A DNA stretch of 64,000 nucleotides from a virus (taxonomy: Duplodnaviria; Caudoviricetes). The stretch is taken from the IMG/VR virus record IMGVR_UViG_2547132424_000002, one strand, 5' to 3'. A model generated the notes under the pieces. That model did no database searches. It was not told the origin of the DNA and saw only the letters and a program-made list of their open reading frames with translations. Shown here piece by piece: positions 36,447-44,900 of this stretch (position 1 is its first letter; every line of letters starts with the position of its first letter). The position numbers and the translations under genes are program-made.

Positions 36447-36519
36447 CTTTCCGGCCCATTCGGGACGGAATTCGCGCGGAACGCGCAACCACTCTCACGA
36501 AACGTAGGAGTTATTTCGC

Positions 36520-37188
36520 ATGACTAATCCTGCCAACCCCCCCGCGCAGACCGAAACCGCCACCACTGCCGAGCCGGTGCCCCCGACCGAACCGGCTCAG
36601 GTGACGGAACCGGTGAAAGAGCCCGCGGCGCCGGTCGAGCCGGCAACGGGCGAACCTGCCGACCCGGGCGCTGCGGCGACGGGGACCGATCCGCTGGCCG
36701 AGATCCAGCGATTGCAGGCCGAAGCCAACAAGTGGCAGGCCCTGAGCAGGAAGAACGAGGCCCGCGCGAAGGAGAACGCGGACAAGGCCCAGAAGTACAC
36801 CGAGATCGAGGAAGCCAACAAGACCGAGGTACAGCGCCTCACCGACCGCGTGCAGAAGGCCGAAACGGAGCTGCAGCAAGCGCGGACTCTGGCGCTGCGG
36901 GCGGAGAAATCCGCTTCCACCGGTGTGCCGATGGCTCTGATCCCGTCGGGGACGGAAGACGAAATGGATTCCGCCATCGCCGCATATCAGGGTGCTCTTT
37001 CCGCCGCTCTGAATTCTCGTAACGCTCAAACCCCACCAGCCGCTCCCGCGAATCTCGTGACCGCTCCCGAAGGGTCCACGAAAGTCAAGCAGCTGACCCG
37101 GGCAGATCTTCAATCCATGTCCCCCCAGGAAATCGTCCAGGCGAAGAACGACGGGCGCTTGAACGAGCTATTGGGGAAATCCACTTAA
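36520..37188 (+). CDS. Capsid scaffolding protein
   Basis: KWQALSRKNEARAKEN coiled coil; precedes the capsid gene. Confidence 0.9.
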   Translation: MTNPANPPAQTETATTAEPVPPTEPAQVTEPVKEPAAPVEPATGEPADPGAAATGTDPLAEIQRLQAEANKWQALSRKNEARAKENADKAQKYTEIEEANKTEVQRLTDRVQKAETELQQARTLALRAEKSASTGVPMALIPSGTEDEMDSAIAAYQGALSAALNSRNAQTPPAAPANLVTAPEGSTKVKQLTRADLQSMSPQEIVQAKNDGRLNELLGKST

Positions 37189-37199
37189 AGGAGTGATAA

Positions 37200-38021
37200 A
37201 TGGCTATCACGCATTTCATCCCCGAACTGTGGGCCGCTCAGATGCTCGACCGGTGGACTGCCATGACCATTTTCGCGAATCTCGTGAATCGCGAATATGA
37301 GGGCATCGCCGCGAAGGGCAACACCGTGCACATCACCGGTGTTGTGGCCCCCGCAGTGAAGGACTACAAGGGCAACAACCGGACCACGTCAGCTGACGCG
37401 ATCAGCGACACCGGAATCGACCTGCTCATCGACCAGGAAAAGAATTTCGATTTCTATGTCGATGACATCGACCGCGTGCAGGCGGCCGGTTCGCTGGACC
37501 CCTACACCGACGCCGCCGGCGACGGCCTGGCTCAGGACACCGACCAGTTCCTGGCCAACGTGCTGGTCGACCACGGCACCGCGCTGCCGGGCACCGCGCC
37601 GAGTGACGGCGACGACGCTTTCGATCTGGTGCGCGATGCGCGCAAGGCACTGAACAAGGCCAACGCGCCCGCCGACGGTCGTGTGCTCGTGGTCAACGCC
37701 GAATTCGAGGGTTTGCTGCTCGGTGCCAACAGCAAGCTGACCGCGTTCGACACCTCCGGTGATGGCGCCGGTCTGCGGCAGGGCACCGTGGGCTCGCTGC
37801 TCGGTTTCCGGGTGGTGACCTCGAACAACCTGCCCGACACCGACAGCCCGCAGTTCATCGCGTTCTACCCGAGGGCCGCGGCGTACGTGTCGCAGATCGA
37901 CACCGTGGAGGGCATGCGGGCCGACAACAAGTTCGCCGACCGAGTGCGTGGCTTGCACGTCTACGGCGGCAAGGTCGTCAAGCCCGAAGGCGTGCACGTC
38001 TTCAACCCGGCGGGTAGCTGA
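37200..38021 (+). CDS. Major capsid protein (HK97 fold, P22-coat-like)
   Basis: FIPELWAAQML, NREYEG, KGNTVHI, RGLHVYGGKV. Confidence 0.95.
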   Translation: MAITHFIPELWAAQMLDRWTAMTIFANLVNREYEGIAAKGNTVHITGVVAPAVKDYKGNNRTTSADAISDTGIDLLIDQEKNFDFYVDDIDRVQAAGSLDPYTDAAGDGLAQDTDQFLANVLVDHGTALPGTAPSDGDDAFDLVRDARKALNKANAPADGRVLVVNAEFEGLLLGANSKLTAFDTSGDGAGLRQGTVGSLLGFRVVTSNNLPDTDSPQFIAFYPRAAAYVSQIDTVEGMRADNKFADRVRGLHVYGGKVVKPEGVHVFNPAGS

Positions 38022-38022
38022 C

Positions 38023-38601
38023 TTGGATCCGCTGGCCACGGCGCAGGATGTCGAGACACAGCTCGGGCGAGACCTGACCGAAACGGAACAGGCCCGCGTG
38101 GAGGGCATCCTCGCCAAGGCCTCGGATCTGTTCCGGCGCAAGGCCCGTCAGGACTTCACCCTCGGAGAATCGACGGTGCGGCTGAAATCGAACGGTGGTG
38201 AGATCCGGCTCGAGCAGGAGCCGGTCACCGCGGTGACGACGGTGGTCGACGACTGCGGTGCCGCGGTCGATCACCGATGGGCAGGGCAGCTGCTGTGGGT
38301 GACCCGAAACGGGTGCCCGCTCGGCTCCCACGAATTTGTCACCGTCACCTACTCGCATGGCGGTGAGGTGCCGGATCTGGTGCGTCAGACCATCGCCGAG
38401 GTCGTCGCCCGGGTGCTCAACGTCGACTCGCGCGCGCTGTCGGGCGTGGTCACCGCCACCGAAACCACCGGGCCGTTCAGCGAAACGCTGACGTATGCCG
38501 GGTGGGCGGTGGGTGGCCAGACGATGCTGTCGCCCGCGGATGAAGCGATCGCGTTGTCGTACCGGTATCCGGGCGGCCAGACGATTGTCCTCCGACCATG
38601 A
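38023..38601 (+). CDS. Head-to-tail adaptor
   Basis: LATAQDVETQLGRDL...TETTGPFS; follows capsid; start approximate. Confidence 0.8.
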   Translation: MDPLATAQDVETQLGRDLTETEQARVEGILAKASDLFRRKARQDFTLGESTVRLKSNGGEIRLEQEPVTAVTTVVDDCGAAVDHRWAGQLLWVTRNGCPLGSHEFVTVTYSHGGEVPDLVRQTIAEVVARVLNVDSRALSGVVTATETTGPFSETLTYAGWAVGGQTMLSPADEAIALSYRYPGGQTIVLRP

Positions 38602-38939
38602 GTCATGGGATGAATTTCTCGTACGGTGAGACCGTAACGGTCTACAGGCCTGCAAAGGGCGACCGCACAGGAGATCCCACCGGCTCACCGGCTCCCCACG
38701 ATATCGAGAACTGCGCGATCGGGTGGGGCAACACCACCGAGAACCACGACGGCCGGGAAACCGTGCTGGCGTGGGTCGAAATGTATTGCCCGCCAGGCTC
38801 CGACATCAAGAACTCCGATCGCGTGAAGGTGCTGTCCAACGGCCGCACCTACACCGTCGACGGCGATCCGGTCACCTGGCGCAGCCCCTACACCGGCAAA
38901 CAACCCGGCATGGTCGTACGGCTGAAGGGGGTGTTCTGA
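38598..38939 (+). CDS. Head-to-tail stopper
   Basis: GETVTVYR, TYTVDGDP, PGMVVRLK. Confidence 0.8.
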   Translation: MSHGMNFSYGETVTVYRPAKGDRTGDPTGSPAPHDIENCAIGWGNTTENHDGRETVLAWVEMYCPPGSDIKNSDRVKVLSNGRTYTVDGDPVTWRSPYTGKQPGMVVRLKGVF

Positions 38940-38940
38940 G

Positions 38941-39249
38941 ATGGACGACATCTACATCGAGAACAGCTTCTTCCAGCTCTACGAGAAGGGCCCGGAGTGC
39001 CGGGCCGTGATCTGGCTGTCACTCGAGCTGTACGAGGCGATCTACCGGGAGATCGTGGCGAAACGCACCGGTCGCCTGGCCGCCTCCACACGCATCTGGA
39101 CCGAACTCGAAAACGGCCGCTGGATGGGCGTCCTGTCCGCCAACGCCCCGTATACCGCCTCACACGAATTCGGCTACGACGACGATTCGGAGATCATCGC
39201 CGGTCATCACGAGCTCAACCGTGCCCTCGACATCATGGCGCGCGTATGA
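38941..39249 (+). CDS. Neck protein (HK97 gp10-like)
   Basis: KRTGRLAAS, APYTASHEFG. Confidence 0.75.
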   Translation: MDDIYIENSFFQLYEKGPECRAVIWLSLELYEAIYREIVAKRTGRLAASTRIWTELENGRWMGVLSANAPYTASHEFGYDDDSEIIAGHHELNRALDIMARV

Positions 39250-39800
39250 GCAGCCTCCGGTTCCCCGACTGGTGGCGGGGAGGTTTCCCCGACCGCGAGC
39301 TGGTGGTCATGGATGCCCTGCAGCCGGTGCTGAACGTCATCGACGTCCTCGATGACGACGGAAACCAGGTGTACGACAACGGCGTCGCACGACGGCCGCT
39401 GGCCTGCACGTGGCTGCCGGCCAACTACCGGGACGTCCTGCCGGTGATCCGCGTCTACCGCGGCGGCGGCGCCGCGGACACCGGAGCGCTCGCCGACCCG
39501 GCCTCGGTGCAGGTCGCCGCGATCGCCGCCACCCGCGCGGCATCGTGGGAGCTGATGGAGTACTGCCGCCAATGGCTGCTGTCGTATCAGTCCGGCGGCA
39601 CCGTCTACCGCGCAGACGGGACCAGCACTCTGATCGATTCGGTAGCGGAAATGGTTGGCCCGCAGCAGATCCCGGAACTCAATCCCGATGACCGGATGGT
39701 GCCGCTCACCTTCCGAGTGGTGTGCCGTCGCCCGCGCGGTCTGCCCGATTACCAGAAGGTTCGCGAGGGCCTGCAGAAACTGTGGGCGCTCGCAAGCTGA
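39246..39800 (+). CDS. Tail terminator
   Basis: LPVIRVYRGGG, VQVAAIAATRAASWEL; precedes the tail tube gene. Confidence 0.8.
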   Translation: MSSLRFPDWWRGGFPDRELVVMDALQPVLNVIDVLDDDGNQVYDNGVARRPLACTWLPANYRDVLPVIRVYRGGGAADTGALADPASVQVAAIAATRAASWELMEYCRQWLLSYQSGGTVYRADGTSTLIDSVAEMVGPQQIPELNPDDRMVPLTFRVVCRRPRGLPDYQKVREGLQKLWALAS

Positions 39801-39804
39801 CCGG

Positions 39805-40278
39805 TTATTGGACCAGGTTGAGCATGGAGTGGCCGGTCGCGTAGTCGGCGTCCAGGGCGACCGGCGAGTGCTGGCCGATGCGGACCTGCGCACCGCTGAC
39901 ACCGACCGGTGCCTTCGGGATCTCGAACGACAACTGGCAGGTGTAGCGGGTGTCGGGGCCGGTGCTCGTGTTGGTCTCGGTGACTTTGCCGGTGGCGATG
40001 ACCTTGTCCGAGCCGTCCAGCATCGACACGACGGCTCCCTTGGCCACATCGGCGAATGGGCCGATGCCGGTGCAGCCGAAGCTGAACGGGTTCGCATCCG
40101 TCGCGAGTTCGGCGGGCCGGATCAGGCTGCCGTTGTCCTCTTGAAACGCGAATCCGGACGACAGCACGAAGGCCCCCGTCGTCGTCGCGGTCGGAGTCGA
40201 TGAATCACCGCACGCCGCGATCACCGTGCACGACATCGCGGCGATCAGTGCAGAAGTCAAGCGGCACGAGGTGCCCAT
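39805..40278 (-). CDS. Putative lipoprotein (antisense moron)
   Basis: Signal peptide with lipobox VIAAC followed by an S/T-rich linker. Confidence 0.75.
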   Translation of the reverse strand: MGTSCRLTSALIAAMSCTVIAACGDSSTPTATTTGAFVLSSGFAFQEDNGSLIRPAELATDANPFSFGCTGIGPFADVAKGAVVSMLDGSDKVIATGKVTETNTSTGPDTRYTCQLSFEIPKAPVGVSGAQVRIGQHSPVALDADYATGHSMLNLVQ

Positions 40279-40414
40279 AGCGGTGCCCCCAGGAGCTGAG
40301 ACGGGTCGGCCCAGGGGCCGAAAAGTCCGCTCAGTTTAGCCACCCAGTTCCCTCCCCGCACCGCAATCCCGGTGTGGGGATTCACGCCCCCATGTCGCGG
40401 GGCGGAAGGAGAGC

Positions 40415-41083
40415 ATGATCATGAGTGATTTCGCCAGCGAAGTCCGGCAGGGCAATCCGGATCTCGAACTCGCCGTACTCGATTGGGCGATCTACCTTGC
40501 GCCCAAGAACACGGCGATTCCGGCCGCGTTCACCGATTCGGCCGGCGTGATTCTGCCGCTGCCCGACCTGTATATCCCGGTCGGCAACCTCGACAAAAAG
40601 GCCGGCGCGAAGATCGCCACGGCGATCAACAGCACCCCGGTCGAGACCTACGGCGAGCAGGGCCCGACTCGCATCATCCGCAAGTCCAGGGATACCACCG
40701 TCGATTTCACGATGCAGGAAACTTCCGCGGTCAGCCTGGGCGCGTTCTGGGGCCAGGACTTCACGGATGCGAAGTCCAATCCGTCCTCAGGTGAGGTGAA
40801 CCTCACCATCAGCGAGTCCGCATTCAATCTCGAGTATTCGCTGATCATGATCGGTTTCGACGGTGAAGTGGACGCCGAAATCTACACGATTCTCGATTCC
40901 GGTCGCGCCACGCTGCAGAAGAGCGGTGACATCACCACCAACGACGACGGGATCCAGATGTACCCCGTCACGCTGCAGCTGCTCAAGCACAAGACCCTCG
41001 GCTACGCGACCCGCATCTCCTACGCGGGCAAGGGCTGGAAGCCGCTCGCGCCCGCCGCGGGCTTCGCCGCGGACGCGAGCTGA
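40415..41083 (+). CDS. Major tail (tube) protein
   Basis: AAGGAG RBS; position before chaperones and TMP. Confidence 0.9.
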   Translation: MIMSDFASEVRQGNPDLELAVLDWAIYLAPKNTAIPAAFTDSAGVILPLPDLYIPVGNLDKKAGAKIATAINSTPVETYGEQGPTRIIRKSRDTTVDFTMQETSAVSLGAFWGQDFTDAKSNPSSGEVNLTISESAFNLEYSLIMIGFDGEVDAEIYTILDSGRATLQKSGDITTNDDGIQMYPVTLQLLKHKTLGYATRISYAGKGWKPLAPAAGFAADAS

Positions 41084-41168
41084 CAGACGCCGTCTGCACC
41101 CCGATCCCCGGCAGGGGTGCAGACGGCTCTGATCAGCCGGGGAAATCTATTGCCGGGGAGGCAAACCC

Positions 41169-41516
41169 ATGTCTACGACACCGCGTGCACGCACCAGCGC
41201 GCCGAAGGAAGCCAGCGCACCGAAGGTCGGCCGCTACTACGAGCTGAAGGAAGAAGTCGCGCCGATCCCGGACTACGTGCTCACCGAGAAAATCCGGATC
41301 AAGGAACCGACCCGCGAGCAGATGCAGGCCTTCTGGAAGGCGCCTGCCGGCGAGGAATCCGACCGGGTGCTGCTCGGCGACGCTGCCGACGCCGTCTTCG
41401 CGCTCTACGCCAAGCTGCCGCAGCGGCAGTACAACGCGATGACCCGCGATATTTGGAATCACTTCTTCCCGGGCACCGGCGGCGACGAGGGAAAATCCGA
41501 AGAGTCTTCGAACTAG
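41169..41516 (+). CDS. Tail assembly chaperone (G)
   Basis: Position; ends just after the slippery site. Confidence 0.85.
   Translation: MSTTPRARTSAPKEASAPKVGRYYELKEEVAPIPDYVLTEKIRIKEPTREQMQAFWKAPAGEESDRVLLGDAADAVFALYAKLPQRQYNAMTRDIWNHFFPGTGGDEGKSEESSN
41489..41495 (+). promoter_or_regulatory. Programmed -1 ribosomal frameshift site GGGAAAA
   Basis: G GGA AAA in the correct phase, linking to the -1 frame ORF ending at 41941. Confidence 0.9.
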
Positions 41517-41941
41517 TCGAAGACTATTGGGACGCAATAGAAATCGACCTCGGCAACGGTCCGCACTGGGATGCCCTGGACTGGATCGCCGGAAAACGCA
41601 GCTGGCCGCAGCTGCTCCGGTGGGCCGATCACTTCGCGCAGGTCCCCGGTAGCGCGTTCAATTCCGCGTTGCTGCTGAATCCGGACTTGGTCGCCGAGCG
41701 CAAGAAGGCGCCGAAGGCGAAGAATCCGCCGCTGCTCGGCTGGACGTCGCAGATGAGTCTGCTCGCCGATATCGCCGATCTGATCTACAAGCAGCTCACC
41801 CGCGACGGCGCCGCGCGTCTTGCGCGGCCTCTCACCGCCGTCGACTTCGTCGATCTGGCGAAACGCCAGGCGGCCATGAATCGCGTTGTCGCGCAGTTCA
41901 GTCCGCGCCACGTCCACCTCACACCGCAACTGGATCCGTGA
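41489..41941 (+). CDS. Tail assembly chaperone frameshift extension (G-T)
   Basis: -1 frame KIRRVFELVEDYWDAIEIDL...SWPQLLRW. Confidence 0.85.
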   Translation, partial: GKIRRVFELVEDYWDAIEIDLGNGPHWDALDWIAGKRSWPQLLRWADHFAQVPGSAFNSALLLNPDLVAERKKAPKAKNPPLLGWTSQMSLLADIADLIYKQLTRDGAARLARPLTAVDFVDLAKRQAAMNRVVAQFSPRHVHLTPQLDP

Positions 41942-41956
41942 CGGAAGGAGGGTCGA

Positions 41957-44900
41957 ATGCCCACATATGACGCCGGTACCGCCGCGATCCGGGTTCGGCC
42001 CTCCTTCAAGGATTTCGTCAACCAGGCAAAGGCCGAGCTCAAGGCCATGGGGCTCGAGGCATCCGTACGCCTCGACGCCGACACCGCCGCCGCGCAACTC
42101 GAAGTCCAAGGGTTCCGTGCCGAGGCCGAACGGCAGGTCAACGTCACTGTCGACGCAGACGTGGCCGCGGCCGAAACAGCGGTCGACGGGTTCAAGGCCG
42201 AGGCCGGACGCACTGTCGAGGTCAAGGTGGACGCCGATGTCGCCTCGGCGGAGGCAGCAGTCGACGAGTTCAAGGCCGAGGCCGAACGCACCGTGGACGT
42301 CAAGGTGGACGCCGACACCGCAGCGGCGGAGACCGAGACCGAGGCGTTCCGGCAGACACAGCAGAAGCGGCCGGTCAAGGTGCCGGTGAAGGGAGACCTG
42401 GATGCGTTTCAACGTGATCTGATTCGGCAGCTCGATCAGATCACAACCAATGCCCAGCTGAAGGTTCCGCTCAGCGCCGACGGAGAGAAACTGCGCCGCG
42501 ATATCCAGCGGACCGCTGACGAGATCCGGCAGGCCCTCTCCAAACCGATCCCGGACGACGCGGGTATCGCGGCAAACCTGCGGCGCTCACTGCAACAGTC
42601 GGTCGTCGATTTCCGGACCGGGATCGAAAACGATCTCCGAGGCCTCGGATCATCTCTGGTGGCCATCGAGCCGAAAGCCGACACCACCAAGCTGAAGTCC
42701 GATCTGTCGTCGCTGAAGAGCAATCTCGGCGAGGCTGCCAGCCTCACGCTGAAGGTGACCGGCGTGATCGGCGCGGCCGGCGCGATCGCCGATCTGCTGG
42801 CCATCGCGGACGCCGCAGGCGTCGCCTCGCGCGCGGTCGGCCTCATCCCGGCGATCGGATTCGCGGGCCTGGCCGGAATCGGTTCAGCCGCAGTCGGTTT
42901 CAAGGGCATCCCGGACGTTTTCAAGGCACTCAAGCAGCAATCCGATGGTGCGAGTGCGTCGGCGAAAAAGCAGCGCGACAGCACCTTCGACGTATCCGAA
43001 GCTCAGTATCGGCTCAAGCAGTCTCAGGACGCCGCCGCCGATTCGGCCCGGAATTCGCTGCGTAGTCAGCAGGACCTGAACGAGGCCTACCGCGATGGGT
43101 CGCGCTCGCTGCGCGACATGAATGACCAGCTCGAAGACCAGAAATTGGCGACCCAGGACGCGTCGCTCGGGGTCGAGGAAGCCGCGAAGCGGCTCCAGGA
43201 GATCCAGAACGATCCGTCCGCGGACTCCATCACCCGCCGCCGCGCCCTGCTGACTTACCAGCAGAACGTGCAGCGGCTCAAGGAAGAGCGGAACCACACC
43301 CAGGACCTGGCGCAGGACACCGCCGAGGCCAACGCCGCGGGCGTGGAGGGCAGCAAGCAGGTCGTCGACGGCAAGGACAAGGTCACCGCCTCCGCGAAGG
43401 CGCAGGCCGCGGCGGAGCACGAAGTGGTGGCGGCCGCGGAGCAGTTGCGTCGCGCCCAGGAAGAAGCCACCTCGGCCAGCGGCGGTGGTAACAAGCTCAA
43501 CGACGCGCTCGCGAAGCTGTCGCCGAACGCGAAAGACCTGGTCGCGGACATTCGTTCGATCGGTCCGGCGTGGACCGATGTGAGGAAGTCGGGCCAGGAT
43601 GCGATCACCGGGCACCTCGGCCCGGACATCCAGTATCTGGCCGATCAGCAGCTGCCCAACGCCAAGGCCGGGATCGTCGGGATCAATACCGCCATCAACT
43701 CTGGGCTGCGTGGGGTTCTGGCGTCGCTGTCGTCGGAGACCAACAAGCTCGATTTCCGCAAGACGCTGGACAACACCACGGAGGGGTTCGCGAACGCCGC
43801 CCGCGGTGCCAAGCCTTTCACGGACGGCCTGACCAAGCTGGTCACCGTCGGTTCGGACTTCCTGCCGCAGATGGGCCTGTCCGTCGAGCAGATGTCGATC
43901 AAATTCGACAACCTCATCCAGCGCACCGCCGCGGACGGCTCGCTGAAGCGGTGGATCCAGTCCGGCATCGACTCCGGGCGCGAACTGCTGAGGATCACCG
44001 AGCACATCGGCTCGTCCATCGCTTCCATCTTCCGTGCCGCCGGTGGTGACGGGGAGACGCTGCGGTCGATCGACGAGATGACCGGGCACCTGGCGGCATT
44101 CCTGAAATCCGCTGAGGGCCAATCGGATATGCGTCGTCTGTTCGAGGGGATGCGCGCCGAGGCGGCCAAGCTCGAGCCGATCCTGCGGGACGTCCCGGAA
44201 CTGTTGGGCGCCGTGTCCTCGGGATTCAGGACCTGGGGCGATATCGCGCTGCCGATCCTGCACGGAATTGCTGACCTGCTGGCCGCGCACCCGGGCCTGG
44301 TCCAGGCCGCGATCCTCGCCTACGTCGGGTTCAAAACCATCAAGCCGATCATCGACGGCGCATCGACCGCTGTCGATGCGCTCGCGAGGTCGGCCGGCGA
44401 CGCGGCGGGTGAAGCCAAGGGCGTCGGCAAGTTGAAGATCGCCGCCAGCGGTCTGGTCGGTTTGCTCGGCAGCCCGTGGACGATCGCCTTCACCGCCGCG
44501 GGCGCGGTGTTCGCTGGGTTCGTCTCCGAGACCGGCAAGGGCAACGATGCCCTCGCCAGGTTCAAGAGCCAGGCCGAAGGCGCACTGGCCGCGGACCGTG
44601 ACCTGCAGAAGGCTCTCGGTGCCTCGCACGGAGCGACCGACGAAGGTGTGCTGACGGCGGAGACGAACAGCGTCAAGCAGCTGCGCGACGCCTGGGCCGC
44701 CAACGCCCGGGACATACCGACCTGGCGAGACAAACTGAAGCTCGCCCCCGCGGTCTATGCCGCCCCGTTCGTCGGCACCGGCGTCTTCGACACCGAGAAC
44801 ACCCGAGAGGACACCGACCGCGCCAGCCAGGCGGCGCAGCGCGCCCTCGACTCGGTCGGTCTCGCCAATGATCAACTCGCACAGAAGATCACGGGATCGA

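Noticed and set aside
41095-41120. Terminator after the major tail gene (CTGCACCCC/GGGGTGCAG)
   Set aside because: The hairpin is real but has no U-tract; such hairpins are common here and it may only stabilise or attenuate the transcript.
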